Shown here: piece after piece, positions 9,125-19,669 of the stretch
How the letters are laid out: each line of letters begins with the position of its first letter
Position numbering within the stretch: the stretch's first letter is position 1
NCBI GenBank assembly: GCA_963809895.1
Contig: CAWELD010000003.1
Span: forward strand, 1,120,001 to 1,184,000
DNA from: an uncultured Gemmatimonadales bacterium
GTDB taxonomy: Bacteria; Gemmatimonadota; Gemmatimonadetes; Longimicrobiales; Gaopeijiaceae
Reading direction: 5' to 3'
Length of the DNA: 64,000 nt
The notes under the pieces: generated by a model
The model's input: only the letters and a program-made list of their open reading frames with translations
Told to the model about the DNA's origin: nothing
Database searches by the model: none
Made by a program: the position numbers and the translations under genes

Positions 9125-11537
9125 ATGAGTAAGGTATCCGAGGTCTTCGAGACCATGGAGTACGGTCCGGCACCCGAGGCGGCAGGACCGGCACAGGCCT
9201 GGCTCGACGAGCACCAGCGTGCCTTCGGGCTGTTCATCGGTGGCGAATGGGTCACTGGCGAAGCCGAAGCGTCCTTCCAGGTCATGCGACCCTCCGACGG
9301 ATCCGTCCTGGCGTCGGCGACCCAGGGAAGCACCGATGACGTGGACCGTGCCGTGGCGGCGGCCCGGAAGGCGCTGAACGACTGGCGCGCCCTGGGGCCG
9401 GCGGGTCGCGCCCGGCACATGTACGCCCTCGCCCGCGGCATCCAGCGGCGAGCGCGCCTGTTCGCGGTCCTGGAGTCCCTGGACAACGGCAAGCCGATCC
9501 GGGAATCCCGCGACCTGGACATCCCCCTGGTGGCTCGTCACTTCTACCATCACGCGGGCTGGGCCCAGCTCCTGGAGTCCGAGCCCGCGCTCTCGGGCTA
9601 CGAGGGTGTCGGCGTCGTGGGCCAGATCATCCCGTGGAATTTTCCCCTGCTCATGCTGGCCTGGAAGGTGGCGCCCGCGCTGGCCACCGGATGCACCGTG
9701 GTCCTCAAGCCCGCCGAGTACACCCCCCTCACCGCGCTCCTGTTCGCCGAGCTGTGCGCCGATGTGGGGCTGCCGGCGGGCGTCGTGAACGTGGTGACCG
9801 GTGACGGCCGCACCGGCGAGGCCCTGGTCCGGCATCCCGACGTGGACAAGATCGCCTTCACCGGCTCTACCGAGGTGGGCCGGATCATTCGGGAGGCCAC
9901 CGCCGGCAGCGGCAAGCGCGTCTCGCTGGAGCTGGGTGGCAAGAGCCCCTTCGTGGTCTTCGACGACGCCGACCTGGACTCGGTGGTGGAGGGCGTGGTG
10001 GACGCCATCTGGTTCAACCAGGGGCAGGTCTGCTGCGCCGGATCCCGCATCCTGGTGCAGGAGAGCGTGGCCGAGGAGCTCGAGGCCAAGCTCAAGGCCC
10101 GCATGGAGACGCTCCGCATGGGCGATCCCCTGGACAAGGCGGTGGACATGGGCGCCATCGTGGCACCGGTCCAGCTCGACCGCATCCGCTCGCTGGTCGC
10201 GCAGGGACAGCTCGAGGGCGCTCAGGTCTGGCAGCCGTCGTGGAGCGCCCCCGAGGACGGATGGTTCTATCCGCCGACCCTGTGCACCGACGTGGCCCCG
10301 GCCTCGACGCTGGCGCAGGTGGAGATCTTCGGCCCCGTGGTGGCGCTGCTCACCTTCCGCACGCCCTCGGAGGCCGTGGAGTTGGCCAACGACACCCGCT
10401 ACGGGCTCGCCGCCAGCGTGTGGACCGAGAGCGTGAACCTGGCCCTGGACGTCGCGCCGGCCATCAAGGCCGGAACGGTGTGGGTGAACTGCACGAATCT
10501 CTTCGATGCGGCGTCGGGTTTCGGGGGATACCGCGAGAGCGGCTACGGCCGCGAGGGCGGGCTCGAGGGCCTGTGGGAGTATCTGCGCGCCTCGTGGGAG
10601 GCCGACGCGGCGCAGCGCACGGACGAGGACGAAGAGGCGCTGACGAAGGAAGTGGCGGCAGACCGGGAAGGAGCCGCCCAGCCCGCCACCGCCGTCGACC
10701 GCACCTTGAAGCACTACATCGGCGGCAAGCAGGCCCGTCCCGATGCCGAGTACGTGCTCCCGATACGGGATCACGCCGGTCGACTCGTGGCCGAGGCGCC
10801 GCGCGGCAACCGCAAGGACGTCCGCAACGCGGTGGAAGCGGCTCGCAAGGCGGCGGCCCCGTGGGCCTCGCGCACCGCCCACAACCGCGCGCAGATCCTC
10901 TACTTCCTGGCCGAGAACCTGAGCCTGCGATCCGACGAGCTCGCCGAGCGGCTGGCCCGCTTCGGCGGCGAGCCGCGCTCGGCCGAGGCCGAAGTCACCG
11001 CGGCCGTCACGCGTCTGTTCGCGTACGCCGCCTGGGCCGACAAGTGGGATGGACGTGTCCACCACACGCCCTTCAGGAACGTTACGCTGGCCATGCCCGA
11101 GCCGGTGGGCGTCATGGGATTGGTGTGCCCGGCCGAGGCGCCGCTCCTGGGGTTGGTGTCCACGCTGGCCCCCCTCCTGGCCATGGGAAACGCGGTGGTG
11201 GCGATCCCCTCTCCCGCCTGGCCGCTGGCCGCCGCCGACCTCTATCAACTCCTGGAGACCTCGGACGTGCCGGCGGGAGCCGTCAATCTGGTCACGGGCT
11301 CAAGGAGTGAGGTGGTGCCGACCCTGGCGGCGCACGACGACGTGGACGGCATCTGGTATTTCGGCGGGCCCAGCGGTTCCGGCGAGGTGGAACGGCTCTC
11401 CACGGGGAACATGAAGCGCACCTGGTGCAGCCACGGCGTGGTGCGCGACTGGCACGATCCCCGTTCAGAGCGAGGGTCCCGAGTTTCTCAGGGAGGCCAC
11501 GCAGGTCAAGAACATCTGGGTGCCGTACGGGGAGTAG
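9125..11537 (+). CDS. Two-domain aldehyde dehydrogenase (ALDH16-type) with a +1 frameshift near 11460
   Basis: IIPWNFP, FTGSTEVG, LELGGKSP, NQGQVCCAG and EIFGPV, plus a second degenerate ALDH domain; the expected C-terminus FLREATQVKNIWVPYGE* lies in another frame ending at 11537. Confidence 0.88.
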
Positions 11538-11543
11538 ACGCCC

Positions 11544-11990
11544 ATGGCCGTTCTTTCCGACACGGGCGAGTACGCGCTGCGGGCCGTGCTGTACATCGCG
11601 CAGCACCAGGGTCCGAAGGGCCTGGTGCGCTCCGACCAGGTCTCCCAGGCGCTGTCCGTGCCCCGGAACTACCTGTCCAAGATCCTCTACACCCTCAGCA
11701 AGACGGGAATTCTCGAGTCCAGCCGGGGACCTCAGGGCGGGTTCCGCCTGGCGGTCCCTCCCGAGAGTCTGCTCCTGCGGCGGATCGTCGAGCCCTTCGA
11801 CACCCTCGAGCCGGGCCGCACGTGTATCCTGGGTCGGCCGCGCTGCAGCGACCAGAACCCGTGCCCCGCCCACAGCCGATGGAAAGCGATTTCCGAGCAG
11901 GTGGCGCACTTCTTCGGGCACACGACCGTGGCGGCGCTCCTGGAAGAAGGGGGTGCGTTGGATGGAGGCACCCGCCGCCGCCCGGGCTGA
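11544..11990 (+). CDS. Rrf2-family transcriptional regulator with Fe-S ligand motif
   Basis: EYALRA, YLSKIL, SRGPQGGFRL; C-x6-C-x5-C-x2-H. Confidence 0.92.
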   Translation: MAVLSDTGEYALRAVLYIAQHQGPKGLVRSDQVSQALSVPRNYLSKILYTLSKTGILESSRGPQGGFRLAVPPESLLLRRIVEPFDTLEPGRTCILGRPRCSDQNPCPAHSRWKAISEQVAHFFGHTTVAALLEEGGALDGGTRRRPG

Positions 11991-12007
11991 GTGTCGCGGG
12001 CGGGCAA

Positions 12008-12037
12008 CGGGCGCCCCGGCCGAAGCCGGGACGCCCG
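12008..12037. terminator. GC-rich hairpin between convergent genes
   Basis: CGGGCGCCCCGGC-CGAA-GCCGGGACGCCCG (one mismatch). Confidence 0.5.
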
Positions 12038-12083
12038 CCCACGAAGCCCTGTGGAGCCCCAGTGGGGCCGCCCCCGCCGACGA

Positions 12084-15000
12084 TCAGTCGGAGATGAGGT
12101 TCTCCAGTTGGATCGGCTCCATCCCCATGGAGCGCAGCATCTCGTTCAGTCGCTGCACGTCCTGCTGGATGATGACCTGAAGCTGCTGCAACTCGCCGTC
12201 CAACTGTCCCGACAACATGTCGAACACCTCGAAGGACTGATCCGTGGGCCGGGTGTCGCCACCCTCCACGATCCCCATCAGCGCCGCGATCTTGTTGTTC
12301 AGCTTGATCGGGAAGTTGAGCGGATCCTGCCCGGACCGGTTCTTCACCTGATAGATGTCCGACTCCACTCCGCTGAGCTTGTCGTTGACCTCGGTTCCCA
12401 GATCCTCGAGTCGCTGGTCGTCCGACGCCTCCAGACGATCGTCCACCTGCTCCTTGATCCCGCGAATCCGGATGACGGCCTCGTTGGCCGCACTCACCCG
12501 ATCCCGGATCTTCATGGCCAGATCGAAGCGCTGCTGCAGGTCGGCCATGGTGACGCCGGTGTCGATCAGGCGGGGGTTCATCTTGATCTCGAAGTCCTGC
12601 TCCTCGGTGACGCCGTCCACGGTGAGGCGCACCGCGTAGCGCCCCGGGAGCGCCTGCGGACCCTGGTTCCCCGCGGCCCAGAAGATGCGGCCCTCGAAGT
12701 CCGTGTAGCCCGGGTAGCGCATGTTCCACTGGAAGCGGTGTGAGCCGGCGTCCACGGACGGCGATCCTCCGCCCCCGAATCCCCGGAATCCACCTCGCCC
12801 ACCACCACCCTGGCCCTCCTCGTCCGACTCGTCCGAAGCGGTGGCCGTATAGCTCTGGATCACCTCGCCCTGATCGTCCATGAAGTCGATCTTCACGTCC
12901 TGGGCGTCGTTGGCCAGGTAGTAGTAGACCTGCACGGAGTTGTCGAAGCCCTGCACCGGATCCGCCGGATCGAACAGGTGCACGTCCGACGCCAGCACGT
13001 CGGCGTCGATCTGCCGCAGCGGGTTCATGTTGTACATGATCCAGAAGGAGCGGCCGTGGGTCGCGATGACCAGGTCGTTCTCCTCCACCACCAGATCCGA
13101 GACCTGCGTGTTCGGGAGGTTCAGGCCCAACGGCTGCCAGTGCGCACCGTCGTCCCAGGAGATGTAGACCGTCTCCTCGGTGGCGGCGTAGAGCAGCCCC
13201 GGCCGGTTCGGATCCTCGCGCACGGCGCGCACGAAGTGATCGTCGGCGATTCCGTTGACGATCTTGGTCCAGGTCTGGCCGTAGTCCTCGGTCTTCCACA
13301 CGTAGGGGTGGCGATCGTTGTCCACCAGGTAGCGGATGCCGGCCACGTAGGCCTTGCCCGCCGTCGTGGGTGACGCCTCGATGGTGTTGATGCGGACGAA
13401 GTCCGGGGCGTCGGGGGGAGTCACGTTCGTCCAGGTGGGCTGCGCGTCGGTCCCGTTGCGGGTCACGTGCACGTAACCGTCATCCGACCCCGCCCAGATC
13501 ACGTTCGGGTCGTGGTAGGAGGGTGCGATGGCGAAGACCGTCGCGTACGTCTCCACGCCGGTCTGGTCCTTGGTGATGGGTCCGCCCGACGGCCCCATGG
13601 TCGACGGGTCGGCGCGGGTGAGGTCCGGGCTGATCTGGTCCCAGCTCTGCCCCTCGTTTCGCGTGCGCCAGACCTTCTGGGTGGCGCTGTAGAGCACCTC
13701 GGGATCCAGGTGGGAGAAGACGATGGGATACGTCCACTGGGAGCGCTCGTCGATGTCCTCGGCGGAGTAGCCCATGGGATTGTCGGGCCAGATGTTCACC
13801 GGCCGGGTGATCCCCGTGGCGTAGTCGAACCGGGACATGGCACCACCGTAGCTCCCGGCGTAGAACACGTTGGGATCCAGGGGGTCGGGCGCGATGTAGC
13901 CCGACTCGCCACCGCCCACCGAGTACAGGAAGTTCGGCCCACCGGCCTGGTCGGACAGGTGGCTCCAGTCCTTGGACGGGATGCAGGCCGTGCTGTTGTC
14001 CTGCTGCGCGCCGCACACGTGATAGGGCACGTGGGCCGTGGTGATCACGCGATAGAACTGGGCCGTGGAGAAGTCCTGATCGGTCCAGGTGCGTCCGCCG
14101 TTGACGCTGACGTTGGCGCCACCGTCGTTGGAGTTGATCATGCGATCGTCGTTCGACGGCGCGATCCACAGGTCGTGGTTGTCGCCGTGGGGCACCGAGA
14201 GCCGGCCCTCGAAGGTCTTGCCGCCGTCGTCCGACCGATAGGCACCGGTGTTGAGCACGTACACCCGGTCCTTCACCTGCGGATCGGCGTAGATGCGCGT
14301 GTAGTAGAAGGCGCGCTGCCGCAGGCTGCGGTCGTCGTTTGTGCGGGTCCAGGTGGCGCCCGCGTCGTCGGACACGAACACGCCACCTTCTTCGTTCTCG
14401 ATGATGGCGTACACCCGATTGGGATCCACCGGCGAGACCGAGACCCCGATCTTACCCAGCACGCCTTCCTGCGGGAGCCCGGGGTTCCTGGAGATCTCCG
14501 TCCAGTTCTCGCCGCCGTCGGTGCTCTTGAAGAGGCCCGAGCCCGGCCCACCGGAGCTCATTCCCCAGGACTTCCGCCACGCCTCCCACAGCGACGCGTA
14601 CATGACCTGCGGATTGTTGGGGTCGAGGGTGAGGTCCTCGGCACCGGACCTGTCGTCGCGGTAGAGGACCTTGCGCCAGCTCTGGCCCCCATCGGTGGTC
14701 TTGAACACCCCGCGCTCGGGATTGGGCGCCGAGTGGACACCGAAGGCGGCGACCCACGCGGTGTTGCAGTCGTCGGGGTGGATCCGGATCCGGGAGATGG
14801 CCTGCGTGTTCTCCAGGCCGAGGTGCTCCCAGTGCTGGCCGCCGTCGCTGGAGCGGTAGACGCCGTCACCCTGCATGACGTTGCCGCGCAGCTCGGTCTC
14901 GCCCATGCCGATGTAGACCACGTCGGGATCGGCCTCGCACACCGCCACGGCACCCACCGAGGCACTGCCGAGCTGGCCGTCGGTCACGGGCCGCCAGTTC

Positions 15001-15269
15001 AAGCCACCGTCGGTGGTCTTCCAGAGGCCACCTCCGGCAGCTCCGAAGTAGTACTCGAACTCCCGGCTGTCGCTCCCGGCCACGGCCTGGGAGCGGCCCC
15101 CGCGCGCAGGACCGATGTTGGTCCACTGGAGTGCGTCGAAGAAGGACTCGTCGACCTGCGATTGAGACGAGGCCGGGACGGGGGTGGTCGCCGCCAGCAG
15201 GAGCGCCGCGCCGGCGAGGATGGGGAGGGCGCGGAGGCTCCGGCCTGCGGAGCCGCGTGCGTCGCGCAT
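12084..15269 (-). CDS. Secreted VPS10/BNR-repeat beta-propeller glycosyl hydrolase-like protein
   Basis: Signal peptide; WTNIGPARGGRS; many S/TxDGGxxW Asp-boxes; RQRAFYY, HGDNHDLWI, ATHGRSFW. Confidence 0.88.
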   Translation of the reverse strand: MRDARGSAGRSLRALPILAGAALLLAATTPVPASSQSQVDESFFDALQWTNIGPARGGRSQAVAGSDSREFEYYFGAAGGGLWKTTDGGLNWRPVTDGQLGSASVGAVAVCEADPDVVYIGMGETELRGNVMQGDGVYRSSDGGQHWEHLGLENTQAISRIRIHPDDCNTAWVAAFGVHSAPNPERGVFKTTDGGQSWRKVLYRDDRSGAEDLTLDPNNPQVMYASLWEAWRKSWGMSSGGPGSGLFKSTDGGENWTEISRNPGLPQEGVLGKIGVSVSPVDPNRVYAIIENEEGGVFVSDDAGATWTRTNDDRSLRQRAFYYTRIYADPQVKDRVYVLNTGAYRSDDGGKTFEGRLSVPHGDNHDLWIAPSNDDRMINSNDGGANVSVNGGRTWTDQDFSTAQFYRVITTAHVPYHVCGAQQDNSTACIPSKDWSHLSDQAGGPNFLYSVGGGESGYIAPDPLDPNVFYAGSYGGAMSRFDYATGITRPVNIWPDNPMGYSAEDIDERSQWTYPIVFSHLDPEVLYSATQKVWRTRNEGQSWDQISPDLTRADPSTMGPSGGPITKDQTGVETYATVFAIAPSYHDPNVIWAGSDDGYVHVTRNGTDAQPTWTNVTPPDAPDFVRINTIEASPTTAGKAYVAGIRYLVDNDRHPYVWKTEDYGQTWTKIVNGIADDHFVRAVREDPNRPGLLYAATEETVYISWDDGAHWQPLGLNLPNTQVSDLVVEENDLVIATHGRSFWIMYNMNPLRQIDADVLASDVHLFDPADPVQGFDNSVQVYYYLANDAQDVKIDFMDDQGEVIQSYTATASDESDEEGQGGGGRGGFRGFGGGGSPSVDAGSHRFQWNMRYPGYTDFEGRIFWAAGNQGPQALPGRYAVRLTVDGVTEEQDFEIKMNPRLIDTGVTMADLQQRFDLAMKIRDRVSAANEAVIRIRGIKEQVDDRLEASDDQRLEDLGTEVNDKLSGVESDIYQVKNRSGQDPLNFPIKLNNKIAALMGIVEGGDTRPTDQSFEVFDMLSGQLDGELQQLQVIIQQDVQRLNEMLRSMGMEPIQLENLISD

Positions 15270-15354
15270 GGGACTTCCTCGGTTCGGGTGTCGGGGAGGG
15301 TCGCTAGCTTGTTCCCGCCGGCACGCCATTGTCAAGCGATGGCGGGACATTCCG

Positions 15355-15750
15355 TCACAGCCTCGCCGTGCATTCGATCTCCACGGAGACCCCTTTGGGC
15401 AGGCCCGCGGCCTGGACCGTGGCCCGCGCCGGGCGGTGGTCCCCGAAGTGCGCAGCGTACACCTGGTTCATGGCCGCGAAGTCACCCATGTCCGCCAGGA
15501 ACACGGTGGTCTTCACGACCCGATCCAACCCCGTGCCGGCAGCCTCGAGAACGGCGGCCAGGTTCCGCAGCACCTGCTCGGTCTGCGCTCCCACGTCGCC
15601 GAGCACCAGGTCGCCCGAATGCGGGTCCAGGGGGATCTGCCCGGAGCAGAACACCCAGCCGTCGGCCACCACGGCCTGGCTGTAGGGGCCGATGGCCTCG
15701 GGGGCCTCTCCGGTGCGCACGATGCCGATGTCGCTCATGATGTCGTTCAC
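15355..15750 (-). CDS. ridA: RidA family enamine/imine deaminase
   Basis: APEAIGPYSQAV, SGQIPLDP, PARATVQ, VEIE. Confidence 0.93.
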   Translation of the reverse strand: MNDIMSDIGIVRTGEAPEAIGPYSQAVVADGWVFCSGQIPLDPHSGDLVLGDVGAQTEQVLRNLAAVLEAAGTGLDRVVKTTVFLADMGDFAAMNQVYAAHFGDHRPARATVQAAGLPKGVSVEIECTARL

Positions 15751-16739
15751 TCCTGCTTGAAGGTTCGGTACTGGTCGAGAATCTCCCGCGGGCTGACCGT
15801 CGCCACGCCCGCCTTGCCCACCTCGATGGCGGCGGCGTGATTGGCCAGCACGGCGGCTTCCACCGCGCTCGCGCCGGCAGCCAATGCCACCGCCACGACC
15901 GCGGTCACGGTATCCCCTGCTCCGGACACGTCGTAGACGGCTCGCGCCACCGCCGGAATCCGCAGGTAGCGGCCCGACGCATCCGCCAGGGACATCCCCT
16001 CCTCCCCACGGGTCAGGAGGAGCGTGTCACAGCCCAGGCGGTCTCGGGTGGACGCCATCCAGTCCTCGTCGTCGGGGCGTAGATGCTCGCCCAGGGCGTC
16101 GGCCAGCTCCTTGGCGTTGGGCTTGAAGACGGTGGATCCGCGGAAGTCGAAGAAGCGGAGCCGCTTGGGGTCGACCACGGTGGGGATCCCCAACCCCCGC
16201 CCCGCCTCCACCACGGCGCGGATGACCGACGGGACGAGCACGCCCTTGTTGTAGTCCTCCATGACGAGGACGTCGCACGAGGGCGCGAGACCTTGCACGG
16301 CCTCCACCAATGCCTGGGCGATGTCCGCCTCGACGTCCGAGTCCAGCTCGCGGTCGAAGCGCACGACCTGTTGCCGGCGCGCCAGCACGCGCGTCTTGAC
16401 CGTGGTGGGCCGTACCGGCGTCTCCACCACGCCGTCGAGGCGGGCGCCCAGGGCGTCCAGGGCACCTCGCAGACGCTCGGCGCCGGGATCCCGGCCGATG
16501 CACCCCACCACCTGGCAGCCGGCCTTCAACGCCCGCACGTTGGCCGCCACGTTGGCGGCGCCGCCCACCGCCCAGGATTCGCCTTCCACACGCACCACCG
16601 GCACCGGGGCCTCGGGCGAGATGCGCTCCACCGTGCCCGAGATGTACTCGTCGAGCATCAGGTCTCCCACGACCAGCGCCTGCACGCTCGTCGCACCCTC
16701 GAGGATCTCCTCCACCCGCTCCAGGGACATGCGGTCCAC
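15747..16739 (-). CDS. rfaE1: D-glycero-beta-D-manno-heptose-7-phosphate kinase (PfkB family)
   Basis: VGDLMLDEY, RISPEAPVPVV, DYNKGVL, DVSGAGDTV. Confidence 0.92.
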   Translation of the reverse strand: MDRMSLERVEEILEGATSVQALVVGDLMLDEYISGTVERISPEAPVPVVRVEGESWAVGGAANVAANVRALKAGCQVVGCIGRDPGAERLRGALDALGARLDGVVETPVRPTTVKTRVLARRQQVVRFDRELDSDVEADIAQALVEAVQGLAPSCDVLVMEDYNKGVLVPSVIRAVVEAGRGLGIPTVVDPKRLRFFDFRGSTVFKPNAKELADALGEHLRPDDEDWMASTRDRLGCDTLLLTRGEEGMSLADASGRYLRIPAVARAVYDVSGAGDTVTAVVAVALAAGASAVEAAVLANHAAAIEVGKAGVATVSPREILDQYRTFKQE

Positions 16740-16779
16740 CGTGCTCGTGCTCCTGCTGGCGATCAGATCGTAGGAAAGG

Positions 16780-17889
16780 TCAGACGACGGGGCCGCGGCC
16801 GCGGGCCTCCAGCGGCCAGCTGCGCACCGGCTCGGCCCCGTCCAGGACCAGGATACGGTCCTGCAGGTTCACCGACACGCACACGTGATTCGGAACGATA
16901 CGCACCCGGTCCCCCACCCGTGGTCGGAAGTCCGTCCCCTCCAGACCCAGCATGCCGTGCTCCTCACTCAGAGCCACCACTTCCACCTCCGGTCGGTCGA
17001 GCAGGTGTCCGAAGGTGCCAGCGCCGCCGCGGGGCTCCTTGGCCAGCGCCTTGGAGCCGGCGTCGACCGCGGCCCGCCCCTCCACGGAGGTGCTGACGAC
17101 GGTGGCGAGGACCGTGTAGGCCAGGTCGGACGGCGACGCGGCGCCCACGGCCACGGCATCGCGATCGTAATAGATGCAGGTGCCGGCGCGAACCTCGGTG
17201 AGCCCGGGAACCTCGTGACTGCGCCACAGGGTGGGCGTCGTTCCCCCGCTCACCACCTCGGCAGGGACGCCCGCCTCGTCCAGCGCCGCGTATACGCGCT
17301 CCAGCTCCTCGCCCAGCGCCGCCAGCGCCCGATCCTCGTCGGAACCGGACCCGCGGATGTGGCCCGCGTAGAAGAGGAGCCCCCGATACCGGAGCGGCGG
17401 GCGTTCCGCCACGCGTCGGGCCAGCGCCACCGCGGCCTCCACCCCCTGCACGCCGACGCGGCGCAGACCGACGTCGAGCTCCACCAGGACATCGACGCGG
17501 CGACTCTGCTCTGCCGCCCTCCGGGCCAGCGGCTCCAGCACCGCTTCAGAGTCCAGAGCGACGGAGAGACGGACGTGCTCCGGCAGCGACAGGATCCGGT
17601 CCAGGCGGGTGTCGCCCACCGGGGGATACGCCAGCAGGAGGTCGTGGCACACCTCCGCCATCACCTCGGCCTCACGAGGCGTCGCCACCGTCAGTCCCCC
17701 GGCGCCTGCGTCGAGTTCGATGCGGGCCATCCGGGTCGACTTGTGAGTCTTGACGTGAGGCCGCCAGCACAGGCCGTGCGAGGCGCAGTACTCCACCACC
17801 CTGCGGGCGTTGGCACGGGCCACCTCCAGGTCCACCACCGCGACCGGCGTCTCGACGCCGTCGAGATCGAGGCGCGCGGGACCGGTCAT
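16780..17889 (-). CDS. PLP-dependent alanine-racemase-fold enzyme (D-threonine aldolase/DSD1 family)
   Basis: RPHVKTHK, YAGH, GGTTPT, DAGSKAL, SEEHG, PNHVC. Confidence 0.88.
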   Translation of the reverse strand: MTGPARLDLDGVETPVAVVDLEVARANARRVVEYCASHGLCWRPHVKTHKSTRMARIELDAGAGGLTVATPREAEVMAEVCHDLLLAYPPVGDTRLDRILSLPEHVRLSVALDSEAVLEPLARRAAEQSRRVDVLVELDVGLRRVGVQGVEAAVALARRVAERPPLRYRGLLFYAGHIRGSGSDEDRALAALGEELERVYAALDEAGVPAEVVSGGTTPTLWRSHEVPGLTEVRAGTCIYYDRDAVAVGAASPSDLAYTVLATVVSTSVEGRAAVDAGSKALAKEPRGGAGTFGHLLDRPEVEVVALSEEHGMLGLEGTDFRPRVGDRVRIVPNHVCVSVNLQDRILVLDGAEPVRSWPLEARGRGPVV

Positions 17890-18401
17890 CCGCCCACCAA
17901 CGCGTCCAGCGCCAGCACGAAGGTGCTGTCCGACTCCTGGACCTGCCCGATGCGCGCGAGGCGGATCACCCCGTCGCCGTCCAACAGGAAGGTCGCTGGA
18001 AGGCCGATCACCTGATAGCGGTCCATGGCCCGTGCCCGGGGATCGAGGAGGATGTCGTAGGTGACCCCGGCGTCGGCGGCGAAGTCCCGCACGCGCGCCC
18101 CGGCCGAGGCGTCGTCCTCCGAAATCCCCACGACCCGCAGTCCGCGGGGGCCGTAGCGCTCGAACAGCGATTGCAGATACGGAGTCTCCCGCCGGCACGG
18201 GGCGCACCAGGTGGCCCAGAGATTCACCAACACGGGCCGGCCCCGGAGATCGGCGAGCGCCAGCGAGTCGCCCGCGAGGGTGAGCCCCACCACATCGGGG
18301 GCCTCGTCACCGGGACCGGGCGGGCCGCGCACCTCGCCCCGGCATCCCCCGAGGGCGGACACGACCACCACCAGGCCCAGCGTCGCACCGAGACGCCGCA
18401 T
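17886..18401 (-). CDS. TlpA-family thiol:disulfide reductase lipoprotein
   Basis: Lipobox LGGC; NLWATWCAPCRRE; GLPATFLLD. Confidence 0.9.
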   Translation of the reverse strand: MRRLGATLGLVVVVSALGGCRGEVRGPPGPGDEAPDVVGLTLAGDSLALADLRGRPVLVNLWATWCAPCRRETPYLQSLFERYGPRGLRVVGISEDDASAGARVRDFAADAGVTYDILLDPRARAMDRYQVIGLPATFLLDGDGVIRLARIGQVQESDSTFVLALDALVGG

Positions 18402-19669
18402 CAACGCTCACCCACCCCGCCGAAGCGGATGCGCGCCGTGCGCACGCGCGTGCCCTCGCCGGAGACGTCGGTCCACGCCGCGAGCAGGTCGCCGTCCGGG
18501 AGCGGCACCACGTGGGGAAAGCCCGCGGCCCGCGCTTCCGACGTGAGCGCGAGGACCGCCGCGTCGGAGAGAGCCCCTCCCGGCGCGACCCGGCGCAGAC
18601 GCACGTCGGCCCCGTCGTCCGTCCGCTCCACCCAGGTCACGAGCGCCGCTCCGTCGGCGGCCAGCACCACGTCGACCCTGCCTACCGGATCGCCGTCGTC
18701 CACGCGTACCGGCTCGCTGAAGCGCACCCCCCCGTCGTCGGAGAACGCGACCTCGACGCGGCGTACATCGGCCGCCGCCGTAAACCACGCCACGGCGACG
18801 TGCTGTCCGAGGGCGTCCGCCGCGGGTCCGTTCACCGGGCACGCATCGATCGTCCACCCGTCGCGATGCACCGGTCGGGGCTCGGTCCAGGTCCCGTCCA
18901 CGAACCGCGACGCGAAGATGTCTCGCACCTCGTCGTCGGCGCGGTCCCGGTAGACGGCCACCCACCCGTCCTCGACCCGCGCCATGGCGGTCTGGCAACA
19001 GTCGCAGGTGCGGCCGTCCACGAGCATCTCGGGGCCGGCCTCGCCCCCGGCGTCCACCACGCGGGCCCTGAGGCTCATCTCCTCGGTGGCGGGGCCGGCC
19101 GGTCCGTCGGCGAACCGGCGGCCGTCCAGCCACAGGAGCGTGAGGCGGCCGTCGTCACCGGGAGCCAGGGTGACGAAGCCGTGCTCCGTGGCGGTGTCGT
19201 CCTCGTGGGGCGTCCACGGGTCGGACCAGTGGGCCCCGTCGTCGTCGGAGAACACCACCCGGATCCCGTAGTCGTAGCCGCCCTCGTCACCTCGCTGCAG
19301 CCAGTGGGCGGCCAGGCGGCCGTCGGAGAGCCGAACCACCGACGGGACGTCGGCCCAGTTCACGAACAGGTCGCCCCGGGTGACGACGGTCCTGGTCTCA
19401 CCCCACCCCGCCGGACCCATGGGCGTGGTCTTCAACGACCAGCTGTCACCCTCGGGCTCGAGCCAACTCAGGACGGCGCCGTCCTCCGTCGGGGACAGGT
19501 TGGGCTCCTGGGCGCCGGGTCCCGCAGGTGAGGGGAGGTCGACCACCGTGACGGCACGCTTCGCCGAAGGAGGAGACGCCCCTTCGCACGCGGCGAGCCA
19601 CAAGGCGAGCACGAGGGCCCGCGAAACGCGGAGGCGGGCCGATCGTACACCCTGAGCGTGGGAGGTCAT
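18401..19669 (-). CDS. BNR/sialidase-fold lipoprotein
   Basis: Lipobox LAAC; FVNWADVPS; SDDxG Asp-boxes; TCDCCQT; DACPVNGP. Confidence 0.8.
   Translation of the reverse strand: MTSHAQGVRSARLRVSRALVLALWLAACEGASPPSAKRAVTVVDLPSPAGPGAQEPNLSPTEDGAVLSWLEPEGDSWSLKTTPMGPAGWGETRTVVTRGDLFVNWADVPSVVRLSDGRLAAHWLQRGDEGGYDYGIRVVFSDDDGAHWSDPWTPHEDDTATEHGFVTLAPGDDGRLTLLWLDGRRFADGPAGPATEEMSLRARVVDAGGEAGPEMLVDGRTCDCCQTAMARVEDGWVAVYRDRADDEVRDIFASRFVDGTWTEPRPVHRDGWTIDACPVNGPAADALGQHVAVAWFTAAADVRRVEVAFSDDGGVRFSEPVRVDDGDPVGRVDVVLAADGAALVTWVERTDDGADVRLRRVAPGGALSDAAVLALTSEARAAGFPHVVPLPDGDLLAAWTDVSGEGTRVRTARIRFGGVGER

Noticed and set aside
7859..12097. 1412-aa ORF as a single giant fusion
   Set aside because: The N-terminal part is an off-frame shadow of deoC, the real ALDH starts at 9125, and the tail comes from a frameshift over the Rrf2 gene
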